Shown here: positions 37,816 to 48,228 of the stretch, piece after piece
Numbering within the stretch: position 1 is the first letter of the stretch
How the letters are laid out: each line of letters starts with the position of its first letter
NCBI GenBank assembly: GCA_050486505.1
Contig: JBJHDK010000002.1
Span: 1,292 to 65,291, forward strand
From: Fibrobacteria bacterium
GTDB taxonomy: Bacteria > Fibrobacterota > Fibrobacteria > UBA11236
Length of the DNA stretch: 64,000 bases
Direction: 5' to 3'
The notes under the pieces: model-generated
Database searches by the model: none
Seen by the model: only the letters and a program-made list of their open reading frames with translations
Told to the model about the DNA's origin: nothing
Made by a program: the position numbers and the translations under genes

Positions 37816-37907
37816 GTATATGAAGAATATATACACGAAAAACTCTGTATGCAAGCACAATCATCACGGTCCAACGGATTCGCCCCCACAAGGAGCGATC
37901 ATACCGG

Positions 37908-39101
37908 TTATTGCCCCAGCACCTTCCGAAACGCGGTGATCACATCCGCCACATCCTTGTCCGACAACGCCGCCGACAACGGCAGGGATACCGTGCGATC
38001 ACCGATGTCAGCCGCCACGGGACACTCGGAACGCTTCCAGCCCAAGGCCTTGCGATAGTACGGATGCTCGCACAGCGCGCGGTAATGAACGCCCGCGCCG
38101 ATTCCTTCCGCCGTCAGTGCGGCAAGCACGAAATCCCGCTTTCGTCCCGCGTTCTTGCGAATCAGCGGCGTGTAGAGATGGTATGCGTGCCGCTCGTCCT
38201 TCCCAGGCTCCGCGGGAAGCGTCACCGGCAGATCGGCAAACGCCTCCTGATATGCCTTCCAGATCGCACGGCGGCGACGCCAGTTGGTTTCCACGCGGCG
38301 TAACTGGGGAGTCCCGATCGCCGCCTGCAAGTCGGTCATGTTGTACTTGTACCCGAGGTCGACCACATCGTAGTGCACATACCCTGAATCGGAATAGCGC
38401 CGCCACGCGTCCTTGCTCATGCCGTGCAGCGCCAGCCGCTTGGCACGATCCGCCACGGCGGCGCCCCGGGCAAGGATCATGCCCCCTTCGGCGGTGGTCA
38501 CGTTCTTCGTGGCGTAGAAACTGAAGCAGCCAGCATCGCCGAAGGTCCCCGCCTTGCGGCCGCGCCATTCCGTCTCAATGGCATGCGCGCAATCCTCGAT
38601 GACCTTGATCCGGTGCGTTCGCGCGATGTGCAGGATCGCATCCATGTCGCAGGCGCGGCCCGCGAAGTGGACCGGAAGAACCGCCTTCGTGCGCTTCGTG
38701 ACCTTGCGCGCGATTTCATCCGGACTGATGTTGAAAGTGACCGGATCGCAATCGGCGAGCACGGGCGTCGCGCCCGCGTGCAGGATCGCGTTGGCCGTCG
38801 CGCAAAACGTCATGGGCGTCGTGATCACTTCGTCGCCCGGGCCGACGCCGAGGGAAAGAATGGAGAGGTGCAGCGCCGCCGTGCAGGAATTCACCGCCAC
38901 GGTTCTCGCCGGATCCATGCCCTTGTACGCGGCGAAAGCCGCCTCGAATTCCGCGACCTTCGGGCCGGTACCGATCCAGCGCCGCCGCAGGGAATCGGTG
39001 ACGCCCGCGATCTCCTCGCGGCCGATGCGCGGAGCGCCGAAGACCAGGAAGTCCTTGCGAGAGCGGACGGGTCTTCCCCCGTCGATGGCGAGTTTCGGCA
39101 T
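37908..39101 (-). CDS. DegT/DnrJ/EryC1/StrS family sugar aminotransferase
   Basis: PLP-dependent fold type I; conserved Lys block (FSFYATKNVTTAEGG). Confidence 0.9.
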   Translation of the reverse strand: MPKLAIDGGRPVRSRKDFLVFGAPRIGREEIAGVTDSLRRRWIGTGPKVAEFEAAFAAYKGMDPARTVAVNSCTAALHLSILSLGVGPGDEVITTPMTFCATANAILHAGATPVLADCDPVTFNISPDEIARKVTKRTKAVLPVHFAGRACDMDAILHIARTHRIKVIEDCAHAIETEWRGRKAGTFGDAGCFSFYATKNVTTAEGGMILARGAAVADRAKRLALHGMSKDAWRRYSDSGYVHYDVVDLGYKYNMTDLQAAIGTPQLRRVETNWRRRRAIWKAYQEAFADLPVTLPAEPGKDERHAYHLYTPLIRKNAGRKRDFVLAALTAEGIGAGVHYRALCEHPYYRKALGWKRSECPVAADIGDRTVSLPLSAALSDKDVADVITAFRKVLGQ

Positions 39102-39161
39102 TGGGCAAAATTAACCGCCGCTCCGGCAAAGCGACGGGAGTCGTTCGTATCTTGACGCCTT

Positions 39162-40916
39162 ATGTCGATCGCGGGCTGCATCCATCCTCCCGGACACGGA
39201 CACGTGTTGGCGCCGGTGGTGGAACTCCTCCATCCTCGCCGCAATCGCGACGCGACAGCCCGCGACGGGTATTTCACCCATGAGGCCCTGCATCTCGTCG
39301 AAACGGCCGCCCGCGAGCCTTGCGGGCATGCCGGTGAAGGGGTCAGGTGCTGGATCGACGGGCGCATCGACAACACCGCCGACCTGCTCAGGCGCTTCGA
39401 TCCCGAAGGAGACCCCCGGCCCGCCTTCCTTTTCGCCCGGGCGCATGCCCGCGGCCTTCTTGAGCAGGTGCTGCAAGCCGCGGACGGAGATTTTTTCGCC
39501 GTCGTGCACGATGCCCCCGCGCGCAGACTGTTTTTGTGTAACGACCGTCTGGGACTGCGGCCGGCGTACTTCGCGGAGGCGGCGCCGGGATTCTTGTTCT
39601 GTACGCGCCTGCGAGGATTCGCCGCCTTCCCCGGGTTCGCGCCCCGGATTTCGCCGGACGCGCTGGAATGCTTTCTGGATCTGGGACATTTCGTCGGCGA
39701 CCTGACGTGGTTCGAGGGTGTCCGCCAGCTTGCGCCCGCGACCCTGCTTGAGGTGGACACCGTCGACGGAAAAATCCGGGCGGCACGGAGGTACTGGACC
39801 TGGGAGCGCATCGGGCGCAGGAGCATCGGACTCGAAGCGGCCGCCGAAGAACTGGGCGACCTGTTGCGCGATGCCGTCGCGCGCAGGATCCTTCCCGGAG
39901 AGCGCGTCGCGATCCTGCTGAGCGGGGGCCTCGACTCGCGCGCGATTCTCGCCTGTACCCTGCCGGAGCAATGCGCGGGAACGGCCACGTTCGGACAGCC
40001 GGGTTGCCGCGATCTTCTCTACGCGGAACGTGTCGCCCGCGCCGCCGGAGTTCCGCACCGCGCGCTCCCCCTGACGGAGCACGAATGGTTCCTCAACCGG
40101 CTCCACGCCGTCTGGAAGACCGACGGCATGAGCGGGCCCGCCGACCTGCAGGGATCGCGCTTTCTCGGCGACCTCCTCGCGATCTCCCCGGTGAACCTGA
40201 ACGGCTTCGCGGGCGACCTCGTCGCAGGCGGCAGCTATCTTGATCCGGCGCGCCTGGATACGCCGCCCGATGCCGCCTTCGCCGCGTCGCGTTACGGGCG
40301 CCACGCGCGCTGGTCCGACCCCGCGGACGCCTATTTCAGGTCGCCGCGCACCGACCCCTACATCCTCGCCAACAGGGTGCGACGACTCACCGTCTCCGGA
40401 ACCCTCGAAGTCGAAGACGCGATGGAGCAACGAAAGCCCTTCATGGACACGCGACTGCTCGAGTTCCTGTACTCCCTTCCCGAAGCGCACCGCCTGCACG
40501 GACGCGTGTACCTTCGCGCCATGTTGCGCCTGCGGCCCGACCTTTTCGCGCGCGTGCCATGGCAAAAAACCGGGCTCTCCCCACGCTTCGGAGACGGGTT
40601 TCCCGTGCGCGCATACTGCGCCGTCTTCCGCCGCCTGCAGCGCCTCGGCTGGCCCTCGGCCCCCACGGAGCTCGCCGACTTTCCCCGCTGGATCGCGGCG
40701 TCACCCGGCCCTTTCGGCACACTGCTCGAAGATCCTCGCGCACTCTGGCGCGACCTCGCGCCCGCGCGCCTGCACCATCACTTTCAGTGGCGCGCCCATC
40801 CCTCCGCCGCACAGGCGCGCCTTCAGTTGCAGGCCGCGGGCGTGGAAGCCTGGTTCCGCCAACTCTTCAACGGCACGCACCGCGACCCGGAAGTTTCCGA
40901 AGCACCGCCTGCATGA
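39162..40916 (+). CDS. Asparagine synthetase B-like protein (polysaccharide-cluster type; N-terminus lacks Cys2)
   Basis: AsnB-like synthetase domain with SGGLDS PP-loop; N-terminus MSIAGC rather than MC... Confidence 0.65.
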   Translation: MSIAGCIHPPGHGHVLAPVVELLHPRRNRDATARDGYFTHEALHLVETAAREPCGHAGEGVRCWIDGRIDNTADLLRRFDPEGDPRPAFLFARAHARGLLEQVLQAADGDFFAVVHDAPARRLFLCNDRLGLRPAYFAEAAPGFLFCTRLRGFAAFPGFAPRISPDALECFLDLGHFVGDLTWFEGVRQLAPATLLEVDTVDGKIRAARRYWTWERIGRRSIGLEAAAEELGDLLRDAVARRILPGERVAILLSGGLDSRAILACTLPEQCAGTATFGQPGCRDLLYAERVARAAGVPHRALPLTEHEWFLNRLHAVWKTDGMSGPADLQGSRFLGDLLAISPVNLNGFAGDLVAGGSYLDPARLDTPPDAAFAASRYGRHARWSDPADAYFRSPRTDPYILANRVRRLTVSGTLEVEDAMEQRKPFMDTRLLEFLYSLPEAHRLHGRVYLRAMLRLRPDLFARVPWQKTGLSPRFGDGFPVRAYCAVFRRLQRLGWPSAPTELADFPRWIAASPGPFGTLLEDPRALWRDLAPARLHHHFQWRAHPSAAQARLQLQAAGVEAWFRQLFNGTHRDPEVSEAPPA

Positions 40917-40940
40917 CGCGCAGGCAACAGGAGCCCCCCC

Positions 40941-41594
40941 ATGAGAATCGACATCTGGTCCGACATCGTCTGCCCCTGGTGCTACATCGGGAAGCGCCGC
41001 CTGGAACAAGCGCTGGAGGAGCTTCCCGACGGCGCCGCCCACCAAGTGGTCTGGAGAAGCTACGAGCTCAACCCGAACGCTCCGCGCGCGTCAACGGAAA
41101 CAACCCGTGACATGCTCGCGCGCAAATACGGGGTCGCCCCGGAAAAGGCAGTCGCCATGCAGGCACACGTCACTGCCATCGCGGAGGGCTGCGGACTCGA
41201 CTACCACCTCGACCAGACACGGCCCGAGAGCTCCTTCGACGCTCACCGGCTCGTGCATCTCGCCAAGGCCTCCGGATTGCAAGGTGAAATGAAGGAACGC
41301 CTGCTCCGTGCTTATTTCACGGAAGGCCTTTCCATCAACGACAAGGCTACGCTGATCCGCTTGGCCGAAGAGGTCGGACTGGGGGGAACCTCCGCGGCCG
41401 AAACCCTGGACGGGGACGCCTTCGCGGACGCCGTGCGCGCCGATGAAGAAGAAGCCCTGCGCATCGGAATCCGGGGCGTTCCGTTCTTCGTGTTCAATGG
41501 ATCCCTCGCGCTTTCGGGCGCGCAACCGGTGGAAACATTCCGGGAGGCGTTGATGGAAGCGGCAAGTGGAATGCCAAGAGGAGATGGAACCTGA
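40941..41594 (+). CDS. DsbA/FrnE family dithiol oxidoreductase
   Basis: DIVCPWCYIG active site; FrnE-like length. Confidence 0.85.
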   Translation: MRIDIWSDIVCPWCYIGKRRLEQALEELPDGAAHQVVWRSYELNPNAPRASTETTRDMLARKYGVAPEKAVAMQAHVTAIAEGCGLDYHLDQTRPESSFDAHRLVHLAKASGLQGEMKERLLRAYFTEGLSINDKATLIRLAEEVGLGGTSAAETLDGDAFADAVRADEEEALRIGIRGVPFFVFNGSLALSGAQPVETFREALMEAASGMPRGDGT

Positions 41595-41621
41595 AAGGAC
41601 GGCGTACGAGGACGGAACGCC

Positions 41622-43073
41622 TTATCTCATTTTTTCCCGCAGGTCACGTAACGCCTCCCGCGCCGCAACCGGCGTAAACAGGCGCGCCACCAGCACAAAC
41701 AAGAGCGCGGCACCGAGCCCCGGTATGACCAATTCAAGAGCAGGCGACAACGACAAGCGCGCGGCGAGAAACGATGCCGCCCACGCCGCCGGAATCGCGG
41801 GAACAAGCGCCCAACCCGCCGCGCGGGCGATCGCCTTCGGTGCGACTCCCAACCAGCGGCGCGGCAGTTCAAAATCGAGGGGCAGGGTCAGCACGGTCAC
41901 GAACAACATCGCAACGGCTACCCCGAGCGTGCCGTAACGCGAGCCTGCCAGAATCGCAAGCACGCGTGCCGTCAACACGAGGACATTGACCCCGAAGCTG
42001 ACGCCCGCCTTCCCCAACGCAAGCACAAGGTTTCCCAAGGCGTTTCCCATCACGATCAGGAATCCCAGGACCGCCATCACGCGCAGTACCGGGATCGCGG
42101 GTTCCCAGCCCGTGCCGAGGACGGCCCGCAACAGGGGATCCGCAAGGCCGAGCAGCAACGCGTAAACCACCGAGGCCGGTAAAGCCAGCAGGGAAAGGGA
42201 ACGCAGATAGGCGCTCGCCATGCGCGCCCGGTCTCCCTGCATGCGCGCCAGCAAGGGAAGCAAGGTGCGCGTCACGAAAGGGCCGAACAGCGCGGCGGGC
42301 TTGAGCGCGATCTGCGCCGCCATGGAATAAAAGCCCGCCGCTGCGGGACCAAGCAAGGCCGCCACCAGCAGGCGATCGAGGTTGCCCGCCGCGTTGTTCA
42401 GGGCGCGCTCGCCCATCTGGAAGGCGCCGAACCCGGAAAGAGGCCGCAGGTCGGCGACCTGCAGCCGGGGAAGAGGCCGGAGCCCCGACAGCGCGCCGAG
42501 CAGCACGAAGCGGGATCCGACCAATGCGAGCTGGCCTGCGATGAGGGCCATGGGCTCTGCGCGCCAAAGGATCCATGCCACCGCGACCGCCAGCGCGATC
42601 ACCGCCGCGCCGATCTCTCCAAGCGCGAGCCGCTTGAAGCGGAGTTGTCGCTGCAGGCGGGCCTGAAACACAGCCGCGGGGCCAAAGAAGGGAAGCGACA
42701 GCGCGGCGATCCACAGCAGCGGCGCCAACCCTTCCAGCCGCAGCACCGTCGCGATGCCGCCGGCGAGCGCGACCAATGCCACGCACAAGACCGCTCCGGA
42801 AGATGCGGCGGCCCACCAGGCGCTGGCCCAGGTTTTTTCGGGGGACGACTCGCGCTGAACCAACGCGTTCGTCATTCCCAGGTCCGCGAACCCCCACATG
42901 AAGCCGGTCACCGCCAGGGCGACCGCAGCCAGCCCGAACTCCGCGGGAGTCAGCCAGCGCGCAAGCACCACGAGCTGAACCAGCTGGGACACCAACGTCG
43001 CAACGGCAGCGGAGGCGTTCCAGCGAAGCGCGGCGCCGGCGGCACGCCCCAACGACGGAGTTTCGGCTTCCAT
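41622..43073 (-). CDS. Polysaccharide flippase (MOP/Wzx family)
   Basis: About 480 aa, at least 12 TM helices; start at internal Met MEAE, overlapping the upstream GT stop. Confidence 0.7.
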   Translation of the reverse strand: MEAETPSLGRAAGAALRWNASAAVATLVSQLVQLVVLARWLTPAEFGLAAVALAVTGFMWGFADLGMTNALVQRESSPEKTWASAWWAAASSGAVLCVALVALAGGIATVLRLEGLAPLLWIAALSLPFFGPAAVFQARLQRQLRFKRLALGEIGAAVIALAVAVAWILWRAEPMALIAGQLALVGSRFVLLGALSGLRPLPRLQVADLRPLSGFGAFQMGERALNNAAGNLDRLLVAALLGPAAAGFYSMAAQIALKPAALFGPFVTRTLLPLLARMQGDRARMASAYLRSLSLLALPASVVYALLLGLADPLLRAVLGTGWEPAIPVLRVMAVLGFLIVMGNALGNLVLALGKAGVSFGVNVLVLTARVLAILAGSRYGTLGVAVAMLFVTVLTLPLDFELPRRWLGVAPKAIARAAGWALVPAIPAAWAASFLAARLSLSPALELVIPGLGAALLFVLVARLFTPVAAREALRDLREKMR

Positions 43074-44227
43074 CACGAGTTCAGGAAGGCGGGCAGTCCC
43101 CGCGCGTAAGCATCCCAATGCCAGCGCGTGCGCGCGACACGGCATGCAGCCGAGTGGGTTTCGTGGTTCCCGATCAATTGACGAAGGGCACGGGCGATAT
43201 CGTCGGGCGAAAACGCATCGGCCGCCACTCCCACACTCTCCTCTGCCAGCAAGGCCCTGTGGGCGGGATTGTCGCTGAACAACACGGGAATTCCGACCTG
43301 GACATAGTCAAAGATTTTATTGGAAAGCGTCAAGGCGAAGCTCTCGCACACCGGCTGCACGAGATGAATGCCGATGTGCGCGGCCGACATTTTCGAAGGG
43401 AGCGCTTCAAAGGGGACTGTCCCATGAAAAACGATACGGTCCCCGGCACCCGAGGCGAGCGCCTTTTCGCGCAACGATGCCTCCGCAACGCCGCCGCCAT
43501 AAACGTCGAGCGTGAGCCCGGGATGCGACGACATGACGACGAACAATTCCGGAAGCCCGCTTGCCTCCCGCAGGCTCCCCTGATACACGAGCTTCACGGG
43601 TTCGCCCGGGCGCGGGGATTCCGGCGAAGGTTCCCCCCCTCCTCCCCTGGCCTGCAACGGCATATTGGGCAAAAGGTGGAAGCGTACGCGGGGATGGCGG
43701 GCCTGCAGGCGTTCGAGAATCGCGGGGCTGACGGTGACGGCTTTTCGGATCAATGCGAAACCGGCATTTTCCCACGCCGTCCAGAACAGGCGGCGAGTGG
43801 CGCGGCTTCGCACCATCGGCGTTTCCAGGAACAACTCGTGGGAGTCGTACACGACCATGCGCCCGCGCAACCTCCCCCACAAGGCGAGCCAGAACAGCGG
43901 CGGGGCATCGAGGGAGATCCACACCCGGGCGGGCGTGCGCCACAGCAGGGGAAGCGACCGGAACATCCACGTCACGAATGCCGGCAGGAACCCCTGCAGG
44001 TGCGAGCGGCGCGTCAGAACGCGGATGTCGAACCCGTCCCAGGCAGGCCCCGGGGGATGCAAGGGTTGATCGCAGCAAATCACCGGCCGATAGCCGGCCT
44101 CGCGCAACGTCGTCGCGAGCTTGTAGCAGCGATGATCGGTCGACAGATCGGTGAGGATCGCGAGGAGAATCTCGGGGGAATCCTGCCCGGTCGATCCGGT
44201 GGATTGGTTGGGAAGGGGGGAAGTCAT
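43073..44227 (-). CDS. Glycosyltransferase (GT4-like)
   Basis: GT-B fold; C-terminal E-x7-E-like region (LSNKIFDYVQVGIPVL). Confidence 0.75.
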   Translation of the reverse strand: MTSPLPNQSTGSTGQDSPEILLAILTDLSTDHRCYKLATTLREAGYRPVICCDQPLHPPGPAWDGFDIRVLTRRSHLQGFLPAFVTWMFRSLPLLWRTPARVWISLDAPPLFWLALWGRLRGRMVVYDSHELFLETPMVRSRATRRLFWTAWENAGFALIRKAVTVSPAILERLQARHPRVRFHLLPNMPLQARGGGGEPSPESPRPGEPVKLVYQGSLREASGLPELFVVMSSHPGLTLDVYGGGVAEASLREKALASGAGDRIVFHGTVPFEALPSKMSAAHIGIHLVQPVCESFALTLSNKIFDYVQVGIPVLFSDNPAHRALLAEESVGVAADAFSPDDIARALRQLIGNHETHSAACRVARTRWHWDAYARGLPAFLNS

Positions 44228-44296
44228 GCGATTCCGGTGGAAAATGCAAAAAGGAAGACGGAGCGGCCGGGCGCCGCTTCATATCTTTGATTTTCC

Positions 44297-45448
44297 GTGA
44301 CCCGCACCGCCTTAAACCCGAACCTGACGCGCAGATGTCTGCCAGGACTGCTTGCCCTTGCAATCTCTCCCCTGTTGCGCGCATTGCTCCTGCCACTGCG
44401 CCGCCGCAGCCGTGAGGATGCTCCCGTTACCGTCTTCGCCAGCTACATGGTCGGCGACCTGTTCATGGCCTTGCCGGCGCTGAAGCGCATCGCGGCCGCG
44501 ATCCCGGTGCGCGTACTCTGCCGCGCAGACTGCGTGAGCTTCCTTGAACGCGAAGGCATCCCTGCGGCGCCCTTCACCAACAGCTTCCGGATCCGCCCCA
44601 CCGTTTCAACCTTCCTCGAAACCTGGCGTTCCGCATGGAGCCTCCGCGGCCACCTTGACGGCATCGCGCTGGACCTCGACGCGGATCCCCGCACGGCATT
44701 CTGGTTGCGCATTGCCGGAGTCGCGCGCGTCGTTTCCTACCGCCGCGCCTACGGAATCCTGTTCGATGATGCGTTCGCCCTGCCTTCCGGCGCCGTGCAC
44801 CAAGCCGACCGCGACATGGCGGTGGTGGAGGAGTTCTTGCGGAGGCACGTCCTGAACGGGAGACGGGCGACGGCAGACGGGAGAGCTCCCAGTATGGGCG
44901 ACCTTCCCGGCCTTCGCCGGGGTGACGGGGTCGCCCTTACGGAGAGAGTGTATCACCCCCCTCCCCCGTCTCCCGCCTGGCTCCTCTCAGTCTGGACGCG
45001 CAAGCCCGCAAAAAACTGGCCGCTCCCGAGCTGGGAGGCATTCATGCAACGCCTTCAGGAAAAGGGGGTTCCCTTCGCGGTCATCGACGCCCCCGATGGA
45101 GACGCGGAGTTCCGGGCCTTCCGGGAGCGGTGGAACGGGCGGGTCGACTTTGCACGCGGAAGCCTCGTCGAAATCGCGGACAGAGTCCGCTCCTCCGCGG
45201 GCGTGATCGCCACCGACAACTTCCTCGGCCACATGGCCGGGTATTACGGGAAACCCGTCCTGTGGATCAACGTCTGCTCGCCCGCGGAACAGGTGGAACC
45301 GCGTGGCCCCCGAACAGTGCGCGTGCAGGCGAAGGATCCGCGACAAGCGAAGGAGCTGGATTCCGAAACGGTGTGGCGAACCTTCGAGGATCTTCGCGCA
45401 GGCGCACCTGCGGCGGCTTCAACGTCTTCCGCTACTCGGGCAAGCTGA
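44297..45448 (+). CDS. Glycosyltransferase family 9 (heptosyltransferase-like)
   Basis: GT9-type architecture (…GDLFMALPALKRI…, C-terminal …TDNFLGHMAGYYGKPVL). Confidence 0.7.
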   Translation: MTRTALNPNLTRRCLPGLLALAISPLLRALLLPLRRRSREDAPVTVFASYMVGDLFMALPALKRIAAAIPVRVLCRADCVSFLEREGIPAAPFTNSFRIRPTVSTFLETWRSAWSLRGHLDGIALDLDADPRTAFWLRIAGVARVVSYRRAYGILFDDAFALPSGAVHQADRDMAVVEEFLRRHVLNGRRATADGRAPSMGDLPGLRRGDGVALTERVYHPPPPSPAWLLSVWTRKPAKNWPLPSWEAFMQRLQEKGVPFAVIDAPDGDAEFRAFRERWNGRVDFARGSLVEIADRVRSSAGVIATDNFLGHMAGYYGKPVLWINVCSPAEQVEPRGPRTVRVQAKDPRQAKELDSETVWRTFEDLRAGAPAAASTSSATRAS

Positions 45449-46928
45449 CTCCACCGGGAAGATCGAGGTGCTCCGTCGAGAGCACCGTACCGGCCGGATC
45501 GATCAACACTCGCCAAACTTCCTCCACGCCGGCACGGATCTTCCGCAAGGTCACGTCGGCCCCCTGCGGGCCTGCGGAACCCTCGGTGCGGATCGTGTCT
45601 CCGTTGACGTAAGCCGCAACCGTGGACATCATCCCCTCGAAGGCCTGCCCGATAGGCAACGGAACCTCGGGAATGAAGGCCGAAACCGTGCTCCGGACAG
45701 GACCCGTGCGCCAGTTGCGCGCGACGACGAAGTCGAGCAACTTGTGCTCGTCGATTTTCTCGGGAGCGCTTCCCAGCAACAACCGATAACTTGCGCCGTA
45801 TCGAACAAGGGAATCCCGATAGAAATACACCGTGTCGATCTGCATGCGCGCAGTGTCTCCTGCAAGGAGCAGGGCGCCATCTCCGGTTCCTTCGAAAGCA
45901 AAGGATGCCGTCGCACCATTCATGAGATGACGTTCTTCGTGCAGGCGCAGTTGCAGCAATGTGTCTCCGCCCTCCCCCGCGCCACGGCGCATGCCGGCCC
46001 GCATGTTCAACGTCAGCCTGCGGACTCCCGTGGGCGCGGAACTCCCGCGGACAATCCGGAAGAGTTCAACGACCCCGGATCCGGTTTCATCCCACAGGCG
46101 ACGATCCCAGTCCGCATCGCGGATGAGCGTCCATTCCAGGGTGTCCCCGCCCGCCGCCCGGCGGAGATGCTCGAACTCCTCGGGCACCGCCCCGGGTTCC
46201 GCATAAGCGCCTTCGGGACCATGGATGCGCACGCGCTTGCGATCCGTGCCACCATCGGGAAGCGGAGTCACGGTGGTGAATGTCGCCTCATCGAAGGTTT
46301 CCGTACGGTTCGAATTGACAAGGCGGTACGTTCTTCGCGAACCGTTCGCCTCGATGAGTGCGCCGCGCACCTCGAGAGGCATCAGCCAGCGCTCCGGATC
46401 CGCCTGAATCGAGTCGAGAAGCGATGAGACGGGCGTGACCGAAAAACGGTCGCGGATGAAGACGACCAGCGTGTCGGACCGCGAAAGTCCAGGAAGCTCC
46501 TGCTGCGCATAGGCATGAAGGCGTCCGAAGAGCAGCGCTTCCTGAATGCGGGTTCCGCCCAGGTCCAGTTGCCAGAGCGAGAGATCGATGGTGTCAAGGG
46601 TCGACTTCGCCAAGCCTCCGGCAGGGGGGGAGACCGTTGCGGCCATCAGGGATTTACCCAGCCCGGTCCCGGGCTGCGGCAGCTCGACCTGCAGGGAATC
46701 GAGCCCGTCGAGGTCGGGAGGTTCGGGCAATTCGAGATCCTGAAGCTGCTGCCACTGCGTCGCCGAGGCAACGTCGGTGACGGTGACGCGGCCGAGGTTC
46801 TGCACGGTGTTCGGAAAGTCTTCTCCCCCGCCACCGCCGCTGAACAGGGAGCCCCCCTCCTCAAGAAGGCACGCCGAAAGCACGCAGGCCGATGCCACGG
46901 CCAACATGCTTCGGACGGGCGAAATCAT
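45432..46928 (-). CDS. Hypothetical lipoprotein (498 aa)
   Basis: Lipobox VLSAC; Gly-rich linker; no recognizable family. Confidence 0.5.
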   Translation of the reverse strand: MISPVRSMLAVASACVLSACLLEEGGSLFSGGGGGEDFPNTVQNLGRVTVTDVASATQWQQLQDLELPEPPDLDGLDSLQVELPQPGTGLGKSLMAATVSPPAGGLAKSTLDTIDLSLWQLDLGGTRIQEALLFGRLHAYAQQELPGLSRSDTLVVFIRDRFSVTPVSSLLDSIQADPERWLMPLEVRGALIEANGSRRTYRLVNSNRTETFDEATFTTVTPLPDGGTDRKRVRIHGPEGAYAEPGAVPEEFEHLRRAAGGDTLEWTLIRDADWDRRLWDETGSGVVELFRIVRGSSAPTGVRRLTLNMRAGMRRGAGEGGDTLLQLRLHEERHLMNGATASFAFEGTGDGALLLAGDTARMQIDTVYFYRDSLVRYGASYRLLLGSAPEKIDEHKLLDFVVARNWRTGPVRSTVSAFIPEVPLPIGQAFEGMMSTVAAYVNGDTIRTEGSAGPQGADVTLRKIRAGVEEVWRVLIDPAGTVLSTEHLDLPGGVSLPE

Positions 46929-47803
46929 GCCTTTCCCTTGCGCACCTTCACGCGTCGCGACTTGGGAAAGAGCTGGATCGAGAGCTGCAAGATCATTTCG
47001 GGATCGGTGTCCTTCTCAACGAGGTCCAACATCTCCTTGCGGAAACGTTCGGCAAGATCCATCAACTTAAGGCGCGTCTCCTCGCTGACCATCACGAGCA
47101 GGGTGGAGATATGCCGGTCTGCGGGGCCAAACTTAAATGGAACCTCGGACGCCTGCAAAATCCACTCCCGGTTCAGGCGCCGCACCAGGGCCGACAGGGT
47201 CGGCGGGGGTTCGACAAATTTCTGGGTCACATGGTAGCGCCCCCCGCTCCCGCGGATGATGAGCCCCCAGACTTCAAGATCCTGGACGTACTTGCGAACC
47301 AGCGCCGGCGCAAGAGGGGGCTCCAGGAACTTCCCCAGCATCTCGCAATCGCCACGAAAGTCGAATGCATTCACGGCACAGCGCACCAATGCGTACCTGT
47401 AGTCCTGATAGTACTTGACCAACGAGGGACTGAACCGCGCGAAACGGCTGCGGTTACGGCGCTGCAGGATGTCCTTGTAGGCCCGTTGCCGCACGGAATC
47501 CTTCCTGGCCTGCCCGAACTCGACGAGAAGCAGCAGGAACTCCGTCTCCGCTTCATTGAGACCGAAGACGGGTGCCATCTTGAGAGCCTGGTTCCGGCTC
47601 AACGTACGCTTGCCGATGATGACGTCCAGGAGGTACCCGGGGTTCGTGATCCCCGCCTCACGGGCGAACTTGCGGTGAGACCAGGATGGATCCTCCGCCT
47701 TCAGGCCTTCGAATGCGGCCTTCAGGTACGCCCTGAAATCGTCATACTGGTAGACGTTCGGGCGTTCAGGAATTTTCGGTCCAGCTTCCATTCGGTCGCT
47801 CAC
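46925..47803 (-). CDS. TIGR02147-like hypothetical protein (FCB-group family; HTH-like N-domain)
   Basis: ATGA overlap with the downstream lipoprotein gene; N-terminal HTH-like block (REAGITNPGYLLDVIIGKRTLS). Confidence 0.5.
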   Translation of the reverse strand: MSDRMEAGPKIPERPNVYQYDDFRAYLKAAFEGLKAEDPSWSHRKFAREAGITNPGYLLDVIIGKRTLSRNQALKMAPVFGLNEAETEFLLLLVEFGQARKDSVRQRAYKDILQRRNRSRFARFSPSLVKYYQDYRYALVRCAVNAFDFRGDCEMLGKFLEPPLAPALVRKYVQDLEVWGLIIRGSGGRYHVTQKFVEPPPTLSALVRRLNREWILQASEVPFKFGPADRHISTLLVMVSEETRLKLMDLAERFRKEMLDLVEKDTDPEMILQLSIQLFPKSRRVKVRKGKA

Positions 47804-48228
47804 AGGAAAAAAACAGAACCCGCCGCCCCTTCAGGACGACGGGTTCGTGGGGCCGGAAGCACGGGCTTCCGGCCCCGGTTCAGGCGCACTCCCAGGCCCC
47901 CGCCCGGTTGCGCGCCTCCTCTCCCCCTTCGATCCTGTCTGCAAGAAAACCGGACACCCGGGGACGGTCGGTAATTTCACGTGACGAATGTACCGTGGTG
48001 CTCCAGACGTTGCAACATCATTTTGATGGCAAGATAACAATCAACGTTCATTTTATGGCGATTATTGGATTTAAATGCAGTTATTTCTCCTTTTCATATC
48101 GTTTTGGATTCGATTATTCGATAACATTATGCGGTCGACAAGTCCTTGTGCCCGCTTTTTCTGCGGAATTGCCGGGGATGCGGAAAACGGCTAGATAGTT
48201 CGAACACCCGAAACTCAAGGAGTAACCC

